From Fidelibacterota bacterium (GTDB lineage: Bacteria; Fidelibacterota; Marinisomatia; Marinisomatales; JABMOV01): a DNA stretch of 64,000 nucleotides. Each line of letters opens with the position of its first letter. The stretch's first letter is position 1. Location of the stretch: contig JBHHUC010000004.1 in NCBI GenBank assembly GCA_046861395.1, positions 1,985 to 65,984 of the forward strand, given 5' to 3'. Shown here piece after piece: positions 60,958 to 64,000 of the stretch. The notes under the pieces were generated by a model. The model was not told the origin of the DNA and did not search any database. It saw only the letters and a program-made list of their open reading frames with translations. Position numbers and translations under genes: made by a program.

Positions 60958-61704
60958 TCAGGCATTGGCCGACAGATCCGTCTCATTAATATCCATATTG
61001 GTATAAATATTGTTAATGTCATCATTATCATCAAGGGCATCCAACAAATTCAATAATCGTTCCGCCTCCTTCCCTTCCACTTTCTGCAAAGTTTTCGGGA
61101 TGAAATCAAGACGGGCCGATTCCACCGTAAATCCCTTGGCTTCCAGGGCGTCCTTGACACTCATCAAAGCCGTGGGTTCAGTGGTAATGGTGTATACTTC
61201 ATCTTCGGGTTCAAAATCGTCGGCCCCGGCTTCCAAAGCGGATTCGAATATTTCCTCTTCCGACCCTGCTGATGCCGGTATGACGATTTGTCCCTTTTTG
61301 TCAAACATCCAGGCTACGCTGCCGTTTTCACCCAGATTGCCGCCATATTTACTCATGATGTGCCGGATTTCCGATACGATACGGTTCTTATTATCGGTTA
61401 TAACTTCCAGCAGGATTGCCACACCGGCGGGCCCATATCCTTCATACGTCATTTCCTCATAAACGACACCAGGAAGTTCACCCGTTCCTTTTTGGATGGC
61501 CCGTTGAATATTGTCATTGGGCATATTCGCGCCCCGGGCCGCAATGATGGCCGACCGTAAACGGGGATTGGCCGATTCATCGCCACCACCCAACCGGGCC
61601 GCAACGGTTATTTCCTTTATCAGTTTGGTAAATATCTTGCCGCGTTTGGCATCAATGACAGCTTTTTTACGCTTAATAGTGGACCATTTACTGTGACCGG
61701 ACAT
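60958..61704 (-). CDS. YebC/PmpR family DNA-binding transcriptional regulator
   Basis: [28 protein letters not shown] signature. Upstream of ruvC as in many bacteria. Confidence 0.95.
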   Translation of the reverse strand: MSGHSKWSTIKRKKAVIDAKRGKIFTKLIKEITVAARLGGGDESANPRLRSAIIAARGANMPNDNIQRAIQKGTGELPGVVYEEMTYEGYGPAGVAILLEVITDNKNRIVSEIRHIMSKYGGNLGENGSVAWMFDKKGQIVIPASAGSEEEIFESALEAGADDFEPEDEVYTITTEPTALMSVKDALEAKGFTVESARLDFIPKTLQKVEGKEAERLLNLLDALDDNDDINNIYTNMDINETDLSANA

Positions 61705-61738
61705 ATTACTCCTTTAAATCTGATTTAAAATTTACAAT

Positions 61739-61759
61739 CAATGGTCATTGTGACCAATG
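61739..61759 (-). terminator. weak candidate terminator hairpin downstream of the SPOR gene
   Basis: Minus-strand CAUUGGUCA-CAA-UGACCAUUG (8 of 9 pairs), 21 nt after the stop at 61780, followed by AUUGUAAAUUUUAAAU. Confidence 0.3.
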
Positions 61760-61779
61760 AAAGGAACGTGTTTTATGCT

Positions 61780-62208
61780 TCACTGTGTTTCATAGACCCG
61801 GGTCCGGATAATCCAGGCCGAAGAAAATCCCTGTTGTATCAATTCTTTCTGCAATACTTCCGCTTCGTTACGAACAGGACAATTGCCGACCCGCACCTTG
61901 TAATTAGGAGCTTCGAAATCGATATAGACTTCATTCTCATATCGTTCAACCAGTGCTTCCCTCAAACTATCGGCTTTTTCGTAAAAACGGGTCGCCAGGA
62001 CCTGAACACGGTACCCGTTTATTAATTTCCCCGTTCGCTCCACGGATTTCGTTTCGAGGATGGATTCTGATTCCGGGATAAGAGGATGAACAATGGTAGG
62101 CCAATTGGGTTCCGGGTTCTTCAGGAGGGCCGGATCTACATCGATTTTTTCTTTATCTGACTGGGCCAGCAGAAAACGGAACAGGAAGATGAACATTACT
62201 TTTTTCAA
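61780..62208 (-). CDS. SPOR-domain (peptidoglycan-binding) protein
   Basis: Signal peptide MKKVMFIFLFRFLLAQ. C-terminal GYRVQVLATRFYEKADSLREAL...YKVRVGNCPVRNEAEVLQKEL is a typical SPOR repeat. Confidence 0.8.
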   Translation of the reverse strand: MKKVMFIFLFRFLLAQSDKEKIDVDPALLKNPEPNWPTIVHPLIPESESILETKSVERTGKLINGYRVQVLATRFYEKADSLREALVERYENEVYIDFEAPNYKVRVGNCPVRNEAEVLQKELIQQGFSSAWIIRTRVYETQ

Positions 62209-62265
62209 ACTATTATCGCCGCCATTTCATGGTACAATTTACACCGCGAACACGATTCCTGCCGA

Positions 62266-63006
62266 TTAAAGGTTGCGATAGGTATCCGATCGGATCCATC
62301 CTTTTTTCCCATCCAATAAAATGATCTCCGACCATTCCGGTTGCGATTGGATTATTTCCACCTTAACGCCTTCATGAATTTTAAACAGAATATCGTCGGA
62401 CCGCTCAAACGGAGCGGAATAAGCGAATATTTCCATGTCCGTGATAATTGCTTCCCGAGTATCGGAAAATTCCCAGTATTTATCCAGGGCGATCATATGG
62501 CTGATCAAAGCAATGAATACCACCGCCAAGACAATCTGGTTGCGCAGAACGGTCAAGTGCAGGAATGATCCCAGATTAAACAGAAAAGCACTCAGGAGAA
62601 ATCCACCCAAACCAATCCAGATCCATTGTTTCAGGGTGAATCCAGATTTCAGCCACCGATACCATTCTACGACAAAAAGGGTTTCCGGCATGTCAATCCG
62701 GTCCCGGACCTGGGTTTGGGCAATGGACAGGTTATAGCTGATATCATCATCCCTGGGATTCAGTTGCCGGGCCTTTTCGTAGGCCCAGATGGCCAACCCG
62801 TTTTGTCCCGACCGATAATAGGCATTTCCAAGGTTATAATACAGATCGGCATGTTCAAATCCCTGCGATAAGATCCGCTCATACTTCGCCGCTGATTCTT
62901 CATACCGCTCTTGCTGCATGAGTGCGTTGGCATCCTGGAAGGTTGCATCCAACGTCGACTGGGCAGTCAATACCGTCAGAATGAATATGAAGCTAAGATA
63001 CCGCAT
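62266..63006 (-). CDS. TPR + SH3 domain membrane protein (BatE-like)
   Basis: ATG 63006 gives the signal MRYLSFIFILTVLTAQS. TPR repeats are present (YYNLGNAYYRSGQNGLAIWAYEKA), then a TM helix and a C-terminal SH3-like WSEIILLDGKKGWIRSDT. The tracked ORF starts 47 codons earlier inside batD. Confidence 0.7.
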   Translation of the reverse strand: MRYLSFIFILTVLTAQSTLDATFQDANALMQQERYEESAAKYERILSQGFEHADLYYNLGNAYYRSGQNGLAIWAYEKARQLNPRDDDISYNLSIAQTQVRDRIDMPETLFVVEWYRWLKSGFTLKQWIWIGLGGFLLSAFLFNLGSFLHLTVLRNQIVLAVVFIALISHMIALDKYWEFSDTREAIITDMEIFAYSAPFERSDDILFKIHEGVKVEIIQSQPEWSEIILLDGKKGWIRSDTYRNL

Positions 63007-64000
63007 CGATTTCTTTGATGATTTGGGCCGTATCGGATAACAAGGATTCGGCATGCGTGGCTGCACCCGGGGCAAAACGACCGGCATCGCATACGCGCAG
63101 ATGTTGAACCAAACGTTCCAGTACGTCGGCGGGAATGTGCGTGGCAAATTCTTTTTCGATCAATAAAGGATCCAGGTATTCCGAACGCAGGCCGAACCGG
63201 GCCTTCAGGTAAGTATAAATCGTCCGCTCAGCTTGTTGAAAGATATCATCTTCCTTCATCTTCAATGCTTTGAGCGCCACCTTGGCAGCCTTTTTGGACT
63301 GACGGTCGGACTGCGTGCTTAAACGACCCTGATTTAATTCCCGGACAAATCCCGGGAGGGAAAAGGCAGCCCCAGCCAGTAAATACCAACCCAGAATGGC
63401 CCAGGAAAGCCCCCGGTCTTCTATCAGTTTCCAGTGAGGAGATGAGGTGCGGATATAACGAATATCCTTGCCCAGCAGAACTATTTCTTCTTTCGTGAAT
63501 CCCGTACCGCTAACGGCCATTTCTTTGCCTGGCCGAACGGATAACCGCACACCCCGTGTTTTGGTTTTTTCCCAAGTCTGTCGTACCGGATCAAAATAAT
63601 GGAAAACGATACCGGGGAGTAAATACGTTCCCGGTTCCCGGGGGATTAAGATATATTCCGTCGTTATCGTCCCGGAAACCTCATCCCGGAAGGGTTCCCG
63701 TTTCACGTCAGTCGTGGGTGGAAACACCTCAATATCGGCGGGAAAATCAATCTCCGGCAAGGTTAGAATGGGCAAATTCCCTGTCCCGGACAGAATGACT
63801 CGAAACGTGACCGCCTCATTCACACTGATCTGGGCCGTATCCAGCGATGAACGAATGGAAAATTGGCCAATTGCATTGGTAAATCCCGGTGGCGGCGGTG
63901 TTGGAAACGGACGCACTTCAATTTCATCCTCACCGGTCCGGATAATTTTCTCTACCGTCTGCTGATTACCGAAAAAGGGATCCATGGAATTGAAAAATGG
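62993..64000 (-). CDS. BatD-like protein (C-terminal part; gene continues past the right edge)
   Basis: The frame is open to position 64000 (PFFNS precedes the tracked Met). GFTNAIGQFSIRSSLDT..VNEAVTFRVILSGTGNLPILTLPEIDFP resembles the BatD core, and a C-terminal TM helix (WAILGWYLLAGAAF) is present. Followed by the BatE-like gene. Confidence 0.6.
   Translation of the reverse strand, partial: PFFNSMDPFFGNQQTVEKIIRTGEDEIEVRPFPTPPPPGFTNAIGQFSIRSSLDTAQISVNEAVTFRVILSGTGNLPILTLPEIDFPADIEVFPPTTDVKREPFRDEVSGTITTEYILIPREPGTYLLPGIVFHYFDPVRQTWEKTKTRGVRLSVRPGKEMAVSGTGFTKEEIVLLGKDIRYIRTSSPHWKLIEDRGLSWAILGWYLLAGAAFSLPGFVRELNQGRLSTQSDRQSKKAAKVALKALKMKEDDIFQQAERTIYTYLKARFGLRSEYLDPLLIEKEFATHIPADVLERLVQHLRVCDAGRFAPGAATHAESLLSDTAQIIKEIDAVS

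Overview
Bacterial chromosomal window, about 90% coding, with no CRISPR array, transposase, integrase or phage gene. 66 of the 67 protein genes between 12.1 and 64 kb lie on the minus strand. The centre (17.6-48.8 kb, minus strand) is one uninterrupted transcription/translation super-cluster. Its order is tRNA-Thr(TGT)-Tyr-Gly-Thr(GGT), tuf, rpmG, tRNA-Trp, secE, nusG, rplKAJL, rpoB, rpoC, rpsL, rpsG, fusA, a second tuf, then the S10, spc and alpha operons ending at rplQ. That is 44 protein genes plus 5 tRNAs with almost no intergenic space. The two tuf genes sit in 1213-bp direct repeats that read as identical, and the repeat edges coincide with neighbouring stop and start codons. The left flank (1-17.5 kb) is the accessory part. 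It holds a partial FAD oxidoreductase, a thioesterase and an MFS transporter. It also holds a five-gene cluster: a Cys-rich MerR regulator, a beta-barrel-like secreted protein, an 11-haem periplasmic cytochrome, a haem lipoprotein and a NapC/NirT-anchored 17-haem cytochrome. I interpret this cluster as a candidate porin-cytochrome electron conduit, and it is the most interesting thing in the window. Further left-flank genes are a fused VTE5-like/VTE6-like (DUF92) polyprenol kinase, a free Met-R-sulfoxide reductase, a PHP metallohydrolase, hutI-hutU, a CXXS thioredoxin-fold protein and a GHL10/DUF187 hydrolase-like protein. The right flank (48.9-64 kb) is housekeeping: cysS, a NusG paralog, ddl, a HAD phosphatase, a flippase-like membrane protein, a LolA-like protein, ftsK, an epimerase, gcvT, an aminotransferase, ruvA, ruvC, a yebC-like gene, a SPOR protein and the BatD/BatE end of a Bat operon. 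The secY-map-infA-rpmJ order (no adk), the UpxY-like NusG paralog and the Bat genes suggest an FCB-superphylum-like organism. That cannot be confirmed without a database search. All calls come from reading the ORF track and the sequence by eye; no searches were run.
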